Shown one piece after another: positions 9,389 through 18,085 of a stretch of 44,012 nt of DNA. The notes under the pieces were generated by a model that ran no database searches, was not told the origin of the DNA, and worked only from the letters and a program-made list of their open reading frames with translations. A program made the translations under genes and the position numbers. This stretch comes from Candidatus Peribacteria bacterium (GTDB lineage Bacteria; Patescibacteriota; Gracilibacteria; Peribacterales; Peribacteraceae), in the NCBI GenBank assembly GCA_009691305.1, contig SICS01000003.1, positions 1 through 44,012 of the forward strand, written 5' to 3'. Position 1 is the first letter of the stretch. The number at the start of each line of letters is the position of its first letter.

Positions 9389-10705
9389 TTAGTCTTTTAA
9401 GTCAGCTTCTTGCCGCATTTTTTTGATACGTATGTGTAGGTCAGAGCAACCGCCAATCCTCGCCTTTCCCTTTGCCAAAGCCTGTATTCCCAAATCTGAA
9501 ATAGTACGCAATTCTGAGAAATATACTTCTCCATCATGCCGGGATAGCGACTGAGCTTGTGCGTCGGTGAGAGAACTCACTTTCCCAAGATTCAGTTTTC
9601 CCTTGTGCTTCGAAAATGATTCCGCCTGTGCATCGTTCATACTTTCTAAATACCACAATGACAGATTATCAGAGACCTTGGACAGGGCTTCGGCAGAACG
9701 ATCAGTGAGTTGTGTTACCCCGAGCGTTACTGATTTATTCCCGGTTGCAAGAGAGACGATTCCCGTTTCAGAAATTGAACGTAGACGAATGAAGTCAAGC
9801 TCACCGCCGTAATTTTCCAGAAATTTTGCTTGAGTATTGGAGAGAACAGTAATTCCAAGTTTTAAATGTGTTCCCACATACTTACTCTTACTTTTGGTAT
9901 GTTTCGCCAGCGATGCTAACTGCGCATCTGTGATTTGTTCCAATTCGCCAAAATTGATGTACGACTCTCCATCCTCATACTTGCGGACGAACTCATCTAT
10001 ATCGACGTTGCCAAAGCGAGTGACGTTCGCAAGATTCATCTTCCCCTCATGCTTGAAAAGGTGAGCGAGTGCCCCGTCAGAAAGAGTCTTCAGACCTGCA
10101 ACATTAAGGTAACCTCGATGCTTGCTCAATTCTTTTGCAGCGTCCTCTGAAAGATCCTTCAGACGACAGAGCCAAAGTGCATCGCCAGCATGTCTTGCGA
10201 GTTCTTTTGCAACTTCAGGAGTGATGGACTGCAATTCATTTAAACGAAGTTGTTTTGGGGATCGCGCAAGAATCCGAGCTGTTTCGGGCGTTAGTTTCCG
10301 AAGACCAACTAAGTACACAAAGTGCCCCCTATTGAGGTGTACTATTTTCTCCGCAACAGGCTCTGTTATAAGAGTCATTTTTTCAATCTCCATCGTGTCT
10401 TCGTCAGACAAAACAGCCTTCCATATTCGAATGTTTTCTTTGTGTTCGGGATTAGTTTTCAATTCGGGAAGAGATACTTTTTCCCCTCCGACTACAACCA
10501 TAGTATTTTCAAGTTCTTCACGAAAATGATGAATGTCCTTCCCAAGCACCGGATGATTGTGTTGAATCTTCGCTTCGATGTCTTCAGGTGGCTTTAGAAG
10601 CGACTGAGCGCTCGTCGATGATTCAATCTCCAAAGGAATGCTAGGCGTACTGTTTTCGCCTTGCTGATCGTGTTCGTCCCGATGGATGTTGGGGGGTGTA
10701 CTCAT
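9389..10705 (-). CDS. LRR-like repeat protein, paralog 2
   Basis: MSTPPNIHRD start in ATGA overlap with the upstream gene; repeats such as LRLNELQSITPEVAKELARHAGD. Confidence 0.82.
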   Translation of the reverse strand: MSTPPNIHRDEHDQQGENSTPSIPLEIESSTSAQSLLKPPEDIEAKIQHNHPVLGKDIHHFREELENTMVVVGGEKVSLPELKTNPEHKENIRIWKAVLSDEDTMEIEKMTLITEPVAEKIVHLNRGHFVYLVGLRKLTPETARILARSPKQLRLNELQSITPEVAKELARHAGDALWLCRLKDLSEDAAKELSKHRGYLNVAGLKTLSDGALAHLFKHEGKMNLANVTRFGNVDIDEFVRKYEDGESYINFGELEQITDAQLASLAKHTKSKSKYVGTHLKLGITVLSNTQAKFLENYGGELDFIRLRSISETGIVSLATGNKSVTLGVTQLTDRSAEALSKVSDNLSLWYLESMNDAQAESFSKHKGKLNLGKVSSLTDAQAQSLSRHDGEVYFSELRTISDLGIQALAKGKARIGGCSDLHIRIKKMRQEADLKD

Positions 10706-11925
10706 GGTTTTTCCTGAATAGCGGGACAAAAAACTTTGCCATGGAACTGAATTTTTGCCTTATTCCTCAGAGGATCATTCAGCCACTCCTGCACTTCCGA
10801 CGGGAACGAGGAAAAATCCACATTCACAAAGTACAAATTTGCACCTTCACATTTACAGAGGGCCCTTGCTGCCTCTGGAGTCATTGCTTCCACTGCAGGA
10901 CAAAGTAGATAACCCTTAAATCTATGGAATGCTTTTGCAACTTCAACGTGCATCGCAGCCAAATTCGCTAGATAAAGCTCAACGTTTGGATCCAATGTTG
11001 CAAGATGTGCCGCCGCCTCCGGACTCAGACCGGTAACCTCTGCCAACGCCAAACGGCTTCCTTTGAAATGAGAAATACCACGCGCAGCTTCAGGCGTCAG
11101 AACAGTCAGATTCGATAAGGTCAATAACTTGATGTGTGATCGTCCTATACCTTCCGCTTCATCAGCCGTAAGAGCAGTCAGTCCCAGCATTACATGCCAG
11201 ATTTCGCAATCACTCAATGCTTGTGCTGCTTCCGTAGAGAGTGACTGCACACCGCGAAGATAGAGGTCTTCACCCCTGAATGTTGCCAATGCCTTTGCCG
11301 CAGTGGGACTGAGTTTTTTTAATCCATTGAGACTCAATATTTTTACATCACAGCCAGCCAGCTCCTCGGCTACGCTGTCTGAAATTGACCCGAGATGATC
11401 GAAAGAAATTACGCCTTTAATATTCTTGTTTTGGCGGATTGCTCTTGCGGTTTCGACAGGTAATACATTTACTTTGTCACAATTCAGATCAGGCCCCGGT
11501 AGTTTCGCTGCGACAGCGGGGGGAAGGAACGTAATGTCGCCATCTTCATACGGCCAAACTTTCCCTTCAATCATATATTGCCATTGATCGTTTTCATCGA
11601 AGTCTTGCAACGCAATAGAACCGAGCTGTGCCGTACGAGGCGTGATGATGGGCTCACCACCAGCTGCCCAAGGAACGCTCTTTGGTACTTCCACTCGTGT
11701 TCCCACTTGAACTGGCAAAACTCGCAACGAATCTGATAATTGCGTGAGATCATCATTCTTGATCGTCTTGTCATGCATAACCGCTTGATGCGCTGCGCTC
11801 AATGTTTGCAGGAGAGACGTAAGCTGCGTTCCCTCTGTTATAGGCAACCGGAGCGCATCAGAATTTTCTCCGCTTGCGGCGGGTGCATCTGAATCCCTGT
11901 GAATGAGGGGGCGATTCTGGTTCAT
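10702..11925 (-). CDS. LRR-like repeat protein, paralog 1
   Basis: MNQNRPLIHRD start; repeats such as LSLNGLKKLSPTAAKALATFRGE. Confidence 0.82.
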   Translation of the reverse strand: MNQNRPLIHRDSDAPAASGENSDALRLPITEGTQLTSLLQTLSAAHQAVMHDKTIKNDDLTQLSDSLRVLPVQVGTRVEVPKSVPWAAGGEPIITPRTAQLGSIALQDFDENDQWQYMIEGKVWPYEDGDITFLPPAVAAKLPGPDLNCDKVNVLPVETARAIRQNKNIKGVISFDHLGSISDSVAEELAGCDVKILSLNGLKKLSPTAAKALATFRGEDLYLRGVQSLSTEAAQALSDCEIWHVMLGLTALTADEAEGIGRSHIKLLTLSNLTVLTPEAARGISHFKGSRLALAEVTGLSPEAAAHLATLDPNVELYLANLAAMHVEVAKAFHRFKGYLLCPAVEAMTPEAARALCKCEGANLYFVNVDFSSFPSEVQEWLNDPLRNKAKIQFHGKVFCPAIQEKP

Positions 11926-11934
11926 GGGGAGTCA

Positions 11935-13872
11935 TCAGGCGGCACCGATCTTCTGATCGATCAGATTTTCCAAAGCGTTGTAGACGCTGTCGAGTCCGTC
12001 GATTGGGTTCTTCCGGAAATCATCGAAGACGCTGAGATAGGACTTCCGGACATCGCGCAGTTCTTTGTACCGCTGCACAATCGCAATCGTGTCGCGCATG
12101 CTCATGCCGAGCAGATCGAAGCCACCCTGCCGCTTTTCGTAGTGCTTCCTCCATTCGTCGGCAATTTCCAGAATGTCGCGCAGATCAACGAGAGTTTTTG
12201 TGATGTGTGCCGCAGAATTTCCTTCCATCAGCGGCTGCAACCTTGGATTCGCCTCCAACTCGGTGCGCTTCGCGCCTTGTGTTTTCTCGTTTACAACGCA
12301 GTCCCAGAGCAGCGCGAAGTCTTGATTGGTGAGTCCGCTGAACTCATTCATCGTCTCGTACAGAACGAGAACTTCATCGCATGCATAATCACGGAGCGCG
12401 TTGTCCTGTGTTTCTTTCTCTTGGAGGAGCGCGGGAGACCATCCCTCCTTGCGAGCTTGCAATTCACCTTTCCGAAGCCCGGGGTATTCCATCACCATCG
12501 ATTGTCCCCTCGTGCGGCTAAGGAGCGCCTGTCCGAGGGATCCTGCTGAGCCATACGTTGCGGGGTTACCGGCAATGATGATGAGCACATCCTCCGCAAC
12601 GGGGATGTAAATGCCGTCAAAATTGAGCGCGCGGTTACTGTCGCCAAGTCCGTGCAGGATCGCCTGCACTTCGGGCTTGAGGGCGTTGACTTCGTCGATC
12701 ATCACGACCGCACCCGGTGTCTGAATGCCTTCGGCAAGAGCAGTGAGGAAGCGTTGCGTTCCTTCTTTGGAATCGAATTCGTAGTGTGTAACCATCTCCG
12801 CCGCTTCCATGCCGCGTCCACAGGGGAACCAGAAGTATGGCCTTTCCGTCTTTGCGGCGACGTACTCTGCCGCTTCGTTTTTTCCTGTTCCTGCCTCTCC
12901 GATCATCAGCGTCAGTCCTTTCTTCAGATCACGCTGTGTGTCCAAGCACCGGGCCAACTCCCCGAGATTACGCTCGAAGGAAGGGATTTCTTTGATGCCC
13001 TCCTTCGCTTTTGGTACGCGCTCACGGCCATCGCCGCGCGTGCGGTTCAGTACCAGAATCTGGCTCAGCATCTCGGCGGCACGTTGCGTCAAGGCATCGG
13101 CATCGATGGATTCTTTCTTGAAACCTCGCGTTGTCTTAGCCACTTTCTCCAGTGCCGCGTTCAGGCGCTCGCGGAGAAGGTTGCTGCTGTTTTCTCCATT
13201 CTTTCTGCCGCTGCTCGCCTGAGGAAAACTTTTTCGGAAGAGGGAAAGACCAGACTCACGCAGGGCGTTCTCCCCCTGCAAGATTTCGAGCATCTGCTTA
13301 CGCGCCTCCTTCCGCACGTCCGGACTCCCCCGCATGCGCCGTTCCAGATCGGTATATTCGCTGAGGAGCACCTTTATCACTTTCCACTCGTTCACCGTGA
13401 ACGAATTATTGATCGGTTCCAGTGTGCGTTCCTGCTCGCCCACGCTTTTCCCGGGCTTCAGCCGCCGGTTCCGGCGGGCGTAGGCGAAGGTCACTTCATT
13501 CCCGTATTGTTTCTCTTCAACTTCCCAGAGAGGATTGTCCGTCGCTCCTTTCCAGATCAATTTCTCATGCCCTTTGAGCCAGATTGGAAGCGGCTCATCT
13601 TCCTTCTTTTCGGGCTCTTCTTGCTTGCGGATGATGGGCGGCTCGTACGTTTGCAGGGGCTGTATGAGCATGGCAAATACTGCATCGAGGGTCTTTCCCG
13701 AGAGATCAACATCTCCCATCTTTGCTCCCGCCGGGAACACGACATCGATCCCGAGATCATTCCGCAAATCCGTGCAATATTGTTTCCTCAGAGCCATCAG
13801 AGCGTCCTTCACTTCTTCTGGCGTGAGTTCACGGTCGGCAGACTCTGGAAGTACCTGTTTTTCTGTTGCCAT
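11935..13872 (-). CDS. MoxR/CbbQ-like AAA+ ATPase with long N-terminal extension
   Basis: Walker A GEAGTGKN, Walker B VMIDE, sensor-1 AGNP..Y and ALLSR arginine finger. Likely start is MATEKQ at 13872. Confidence 0.88.
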   Translation of the reverse strand: MATEKQVLPESADRELTPEEVKDALMALRKQYCTDLRNDLGIDVVFPAGAKMGDVDLSGKTLDAVFAMLIQPLQTYEPPIIRKQEEPEKKEDEPLPIWLKGHEKLIWKGATDNPLWEVEEKQYGNEVTFAYARRNRRLKPGKSVGEQERTLEPINNSFTVNEWKVIKVLLSEYTDLERRMRGSPDVRKEARKQMLEILQGENALRESGLSLFRKSFPQASSGRKNGENSSNLLRERLNAALEKVAKTTRGFKKESIDADALTQRAAEMLSQILVLNRTRGDGRERVPKAKEGIKEIPSFERNLGELARCLDTQRDLKKGLTLMIGEAGTGKNEAAEYVAAKTERPYFWFPCGRGMEAAEMVTHYEFDSKEGTQRFLTALAEGIQTPGAVVMIDEVNALKPEVQAILHGLGDSNRALNFDGIYIPVAEDVLIIIAGNPATYGSAGSLGQALLSRTRGQSMVMEYPGLRKGELQARKEGWSPALLQEKETQDNALRDYACDEVLVLYETMNEFSGLTNQDFALLWDCVVNEKTQGAKRTELEANPRLQPLMEGNSAAHITKTLVDLRDILEIADEWRKHYEKRQGGFDLLGMSMRDTIAIVQRYKELRDVRKSYLSVFDDFRKNPIDGLDSVYNALENLIDQKIGAA

Positions 13873-14002
13873 AGGCAAGGTTGGAAAATGATGGATGTGT
13901 GTTTTCTCTACATATTTTAGCAGAAATAGCAAGTTTGCGGAAGGGGAAGTATCGCAAGTTCTACTACATGATTGAGTGCTTTAATTTACCAAACGAACCC
14001 AA

Positions 14003-14902
14003 TTACTCCCGGTCCAAGGTTACATCCAAAGCAGCTGAAAGTGGTGCAGGTCTGCCTAGTCGAACAGCCTGAATTCGCTGAAGTTCATGGAGTGTTTGCA
14101 AGAGAATTCGCTGGAGGTGAGCATCGTAACGTTGCAGCTTTTCAAGTTGGTCTAAAGGGGGAACCATCTTCGAATACAAATCTGCACGCTGAACTTCTTT
14201 CTCATGAATTTCCTGAATTGCCCCAGCGGCTGTAAAGAATGTAAAAGCACCTTTGGCAGATTCCAGCGCCACATTCGTCAATACTTTCACATCTTCATCC
14301 GACAATGGCTTTGTGTCTCTATTTCTAAAAGCGTAATCAACAGCGCCAATGTGTTCGGTCTTTATAAATCCCTGTCTTGTTCCAACCTCATTTTCGAAAT
14401 TTTTCCTCAGAATTTCAGGCAGTGGCATTCCTTCGGTTTCGATGTGCTTAATCACGCATTCCATCGCTGCAGCCATAATTTCACATCCATGTCTGCTACG
14501 GAGACGCTGAAAGAACGTATGCTCATCATCTACTCGCGCCCTTCCAAGCGTCTCCATTTGATCGATACTGTATTGCAAGTAGTGTGGTTCGATTTGTTTA
14601 CTTACCATCCCCGTCTCGGCAACGTGACAACGTCGTAATCTCCAGAATGTCGCGAAGAGACGATCAACCAAAAGTGTCTCCATGATTCCTAATGGCTGCA
14701 TCTCCATGAAGAATAGATCTCGAAATTCCTCAAATGCTTTCCGATCGCCTATTTCCCCGCTCATGGAAATATAGAGATGTTTGCTCAGGATGCCATGCTT
14801 GAAAGCGTTCATTTTTGAGACTTCTTTGCCTTGGGTCGTTTTTGGACCCTGACTATTCTCCGCATTCTTCCGGTTTGCCTGAATTTGTTTCTCGGTAGCC
14901 AT
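14003..14902 (-). CDS. Mobile-element-associated hypothetical protein
   Basis: N-terminal ANRKNA..SQGPKT..GK..SKMNA.KHG motif that I recognise from prophage/island genes; C-terminal LQRYDAHL.R. Confidence 0.75.
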   Translation of the reverse strand: MATEKQIQANRKNAENSQGPKTTQGKEVSKMNAFKHGILSKHLYISMSGEIGDRKAFEEFRDLFFMEMQPLGIMETLLVDRLFATFWRLRRCHVAETGMVSKQIEPHYLQYSIDQMETLGRARVDDEHTFFQRLRSRHGCEIMAAAMECVIKHIETEGMPLPEILRKNFENEVGTRQGFIKTEHIGAVDYAFRNRDTKPLSDEDVKVLTNVALESAKGAFTFFTAAGAIQEIHEKEVQRADLYSKMVPPLDQLEKLQRYDAHLQRILLQTLHELQRIQAVRLGRPAPLSAALDVTLDRE

Positions 14903-15672
14903 TAGAAAGGAAGAGCGGAAGAAGATCCCTGCTTCAAAAGAGCGTCATTACCGTCAGTACAGTCATTTTTGGCTTCTAGCGGCCACTCATTTGCTAACGG
15001 TATTGATGACTGCATACCAAATACTTCTCTGGCAGTATCAACACTTAAGGCGTCATGCGAAGAGTTGCTCGCATCGATGGGAAGTGTAGGTGTGACGCTA
15101 GTGACGATACTTTGCGGGGTTTTCTCAACCTGGATCTTCGAGCCTTCACTATCGCGATAAAAGCGCAGAAGCATGCCTGTCTCTTCCAAGTCGCTTTTTA
15201 CTTCCTTGAGCCGCCTCGTGAGCACCTGTGGACCCTTCGGCCATTCTTTTGCTTTAAGATCGATCCGTTCCTCAGTAGCCACATCAACCAGCATACCGAG
15301 TAAAGTAGACATTTTCCCTTCCCACGTCCCCCGGCTGCTCATAAAAATCTGCAAGGCACTGGCGATTGGATGCTCTTGTAGTACGACTCGATGTTGTTCG
15401 CCAATGTTCTCGTAATAGGCCTCCAGAAAGGCTTCCTTGCCATACCCAAGCGCTTCAGCGATGGCGCAGCCCCACAGGGCGAAGTCGGCCATCCGGGGCA
15501 TCTCCTGAAGCTGTAGAGAAGGCAGGATCGCCATTGCCTTGGAGAGCGTATTGAAGACTCCGCCGAGAATAAACGGCAAGTCGCGATCGAACTCGTCCCA
15601 AACGGCCTGCTCTGTCCGTCGTTTGCTTTTCGGAATCTTCTCGAACTCCAGCAGAATACTGCGTTCCAGCGC
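14902..15672 (-). pseudogene. 5'-truncated primase/helicase-type replication ATPase remnant
   Basis: LERSILLEF...ILGG....L...PRMADFALW resembles the C-terminal half of mobile-element replication ATPases. No Walker A is present and the upstream part of the frame overlaps tyrA. Confidence 0.6.
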
Positions 15673-15721
15673 CCACAACCAACCGCCGATGTGAAGTGAT
15701 CGACGGTTGTGAGCGTGCGAA

Positions 15722-16900
15722 TTATTGTTGGATGTCTGTCTCTGCGAGGAGAACATCAATTGCATCAAGGTCTGATGCCAATCGTGAGATATCCACCAGT
15801 GCTTTATCCTTACGACCAAGCTCGAATTCCATACCATTTTTGCTCGGTAGAGAATCAATCGCATTCAGATCGATGCCATGGTGAGCGAGGATCGCGCAGA
15901 TGTTTTCGAGAAGGCCAATGTGGTCCTTGCGTGCTGTGAGGTGGAGAGATTTTTTGCGGATGTTCCCCAATCGAACGATTATGGTGTTCGTTTTTGCTCT
16001 CATCCGTGTGCGCCATATCTTCTGTGGATCCAGTCTATCGCGAGCATCTTCGATAAATGCGGGAAGTTTTCGTTCTTCTTTCGGCCGATCTTTATCGTGC
16101 TGTGCCAGCTCCAGTATGCGCTGCATGGATACGATAACTTGCTCAAGTTCGGATTTGCCTTCCTTCGAAGAAGCCATATTGGCTATGAGGCTTGCCTGCA
16201 AATGGGCGTCAAGTGTCATGCCTCGACCGACGGAGAGCATGAAGAGTTCGGAGTTTGGCGAGCACAATCGATCCAAGTCATCAACCGTGTGGCCATCGCT
16301 CAGGCCACTCCCTATGGCCACGCAGCCTGCGACTTGCAAAAAGTGAGGCATTCCTTGAATCGGTCTCATCAATCGGTCATGCACTTCAGCTTGCATCCAG
16401 TGAATTGTCATTTCTTGACTGCGGAAAAATGCTTCGCCGATCATGTCGGCTTCTTTTGATCTCTCACTGACCGGACAAATGATGCCGTTCTGTCCGCGCA
16501 GGGAAGGGGGATCCGGCGGCACACCTGTCATCGGATGAATGGACCCGAACAATGCCGTTCCATCGTTGCTATCTATTTCTTGCACTAGGTTGATAAAGCC
16601 TTCTTTCGATGATCCGATGTCGATCACAATTTGGTTTGGTCGTAGTTTCGCGCGCATCTCGAGGATGATTCCAGGGATGGCATCGAGCGGAGCGGAGAGA
16701 AATATGATGTCTGCACGCTCGGTAAGTTCATCGAGCGGCACATGAGGGAAATTCGGTTCGGTTTTTGCTCGGACGGGATCCGACTGCAGCATCGGATGAA
16801 GAGAATGAAGCGATACTGTTTGCACCAAATGCTTGCCCCACTTGCCGACGCCGACAACGCCAACGGTTCGCTTGCCGATAATGTTTGATAGTGATTCCAT
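15722..16900 (-). CDS. tyrA: Prephenate dehydrogenase with C-terminal ACT domain
   Basis: GVGKWG Rossmann motif, DIGSSK, HPMTG, HD..M..IQ..PH; ACT-like DHIGLLENIC...GIDLNAIDS. Confidence 0.85.
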   Translation of the reverse strand: MESLSNIIGKRTVGVVGVGKWGKHLVQTVSLHSLHPMLQSDPVRAKTEPNFPHVPLDELTERADIIFLSAPLDAIPGIILEMRAKLRPNQIVIDIGSSKEGFINLVQEIDSNDGTALFGSIHPMTGVPPDPPSLRGQNGIICPVSERSKEADMIGEAFFRSQEMTIHWMQAEVHDRLMRPIQGMPHFLQVAGCVAIGSGLSDGHTVDDLDRLCSPNSELFMLSVGRGMTLDAHLQASLIANMASSKEGKSELEQVIVSMQRILELAQHDKDRPKEERKLPAFIEDARDRLDPQKIWRTRMRAKTNTIIVRLGNIRKKSLHLTARKDHIGLLENICAILAHHGIDLNAIDSLPSKNGMEFELGRKDKALVDISRLASDLDAIDVLLAETDIQQ

Positions 16901-17027
16901 AATTGAGAAAAGAAAAAGAAATACAAGAAAGGAAAATTACGCATCGATAGCGGTACGCACTCGCATCGCAGATGAGCTCGTAGTAGGTGGAACGGCCGAT
17001 CATGAAGGGGAATATATGCATACGTAC

Positions 17028-17052
17028 AAAAAACCCCGCGGATGCGAGGGCT
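17028..17052 (-). terminator. Attenuator intrinsic terminator upstream of tyrA
   Basis: Minus strand reads AGCCCTCGC-ATCC-GCGGGG-TTTTTT. Confidence 0.75.
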
Positions 17053-17079
17053 GAAATAATCGTGGTCAGATACAGCAGC

Positions 17080-17139
17080 TCACATCCGTGTGGAGCGGGT
17101 GTAGTAAGAAGAGATAATGATACAACAGGACTTTTTCAT
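17080..17139 (-). promoter_or_regulatory. Leader peptide MKKSCCIIISSYYTRSTRM (putative Tyr attenuator)
   Basis: 19-codon ORF with tandem TAC TAC. CGGATGTGAG can pair with CTCGCATCCG of the terminator as an antiterminator. Confidence 0.72.
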
Positions 17140-17148
17140 GATAGGGTA

Positions 17149-17176
17149 ATTTTACATTTTATAAGCTTAATGTCAA
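17149..17176 (-). promoter_or_regulatory. Sigma70 promoter for leader-tyrA
   Basis: TTGACA-16 nt-TAAAAT, ending 9 nt before the leader ATG. Confidence 0.6.
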
Positions 17177-17315
17177 GGATGGCTCGACGTGGTTCAAGCT
17201 ATTCGAATTAGCTACGACTTCGTTTCGAATGCTATTCGAATGTAACAGCAGGGCACTATCAACAATACGAAAGGACGCCAGCACAGAGTGCTGACGTCCC
17301 CTGCTGCAGGTTTCC

Positions 17316-17747
17316 CTACAGCTCGTAGTTCTTCTTGACCGCAACGACGTTCTGCACCCAGGCGTCGGCCTCGTTCGGCGTGCCATTCAGATCGTTATAG
17401 CACACCATGGACGGCTCCTTGGCGGTGTATTCGATTTCGCCGTCAGCCGTCCTCAACTTCTTGACGTTGCCGGGCTGGAGGATGTTTTGGTCATCCACCC
17501 AGATCGGCAGCTTGTCGTAGAGGCCTGGCTTGGAGCCGGGCATCCAGCCGATGGGAGCCGTTTTGTCGGCGTTCGGCTGAACGAGGTGGCTGATCTCCGT
17601 ATCCGACGATGTCTTCAGAAAGGCCCCGTTGGGTGCCTGCTGGAGATTGTCAGCGGAGTTTCCCCACTCTGACCGCTTGTCGATCGTGACTGGGCTGGGG
17701 CAGAAGAAGAACCGAACGTCGCGCTGCTTGGACAAAAGCTTTCGCAT
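17316..17747 (-). CDS. Hypothetical protein
   Basis: 143-aa ORF with AGGAG Shine-Dalgarno, biased codon use and a consensus promoter upstream. Confidence 0.75.
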   Translation of the reverse strand: MRKLLSKQRDVRFFFCPSPVTIDKRSEWGNSADNLQQAPNGAFLKTSSDTEISHLVQPNADKTAPIGWMPGSKPGLYDKLPIWVDDQNILQPGNVKKLRTADGEIEYTAKEPSMVCYNDLNGTPNEADAWVQNVVAVKKNYEL

Positions 17748-17809
17748 GATTTATCTCCTATGCGAAAAGGGTGAAGGAACTACAAGGAGACAAAATGCCT
17801 CCTTGTATT

Positions 17810-17838
17810 ATTATACAATATCAATTTTAAAATGTCAA
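17810..17838 (-). promoter_or_regulatory. Consensus sigma70 promoter adjoining the att core
   Basis: TTGACA-17 nt-TATAAT starting 4 nt from the tRNA-end copy, followed by the inverted repeat TACAAGGAG/CTCCTTGTA (17781-17807). Confidence 0.8.
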
Positions 17839-17842
17839 ATTA

Positions 17843-17878
17843 TGGCTCCCCATCCTGCGCCTTCTGCGAACGGATTGG
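17843..17878. repeat. att-like junction type B
   Basis: TGGCTCCCCATCCTGCGCCTTCTGCGAACGGATTGG; one mismatch versus 21593-21628. Confidence 0.88.
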
Positions 17879-18085
17879 ATGCAGGAAATACGAGAGCTTG
17901 AACTCGCCCTCAAAGAGATTCGTTTCCTGCTTGTGACCGAGCAACCCACACTGACTACTTCTTTCAGTGCGAGGAACTAAACGCGACGTAGAAACTGAAC
18001 GAACCGACGATGCTACCAAACGTCCGTTAAAGCGCAGTTGAGTCCGCAGAGCAGTGGCCATTGATAGCGAGGGCATAGTTCTTGC

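Noticed and set aside
6006-11925. Diversity-generating retroelement acting on the LRR array
   Set aside because: No reverse transcriptase and no template/variable repeat pair with adenine-specific differences was seen.
13855-14902. Adjacent genes both start MATEKQ
   Set aside because: The codons differ and there is no further similarity, so it is probably coincidence.
15673-15864. N-terminal part of ORF 14902-15864
   Set aside because: It overlaps tyrA out of frame and is likely a chance extension of a truncated gene.
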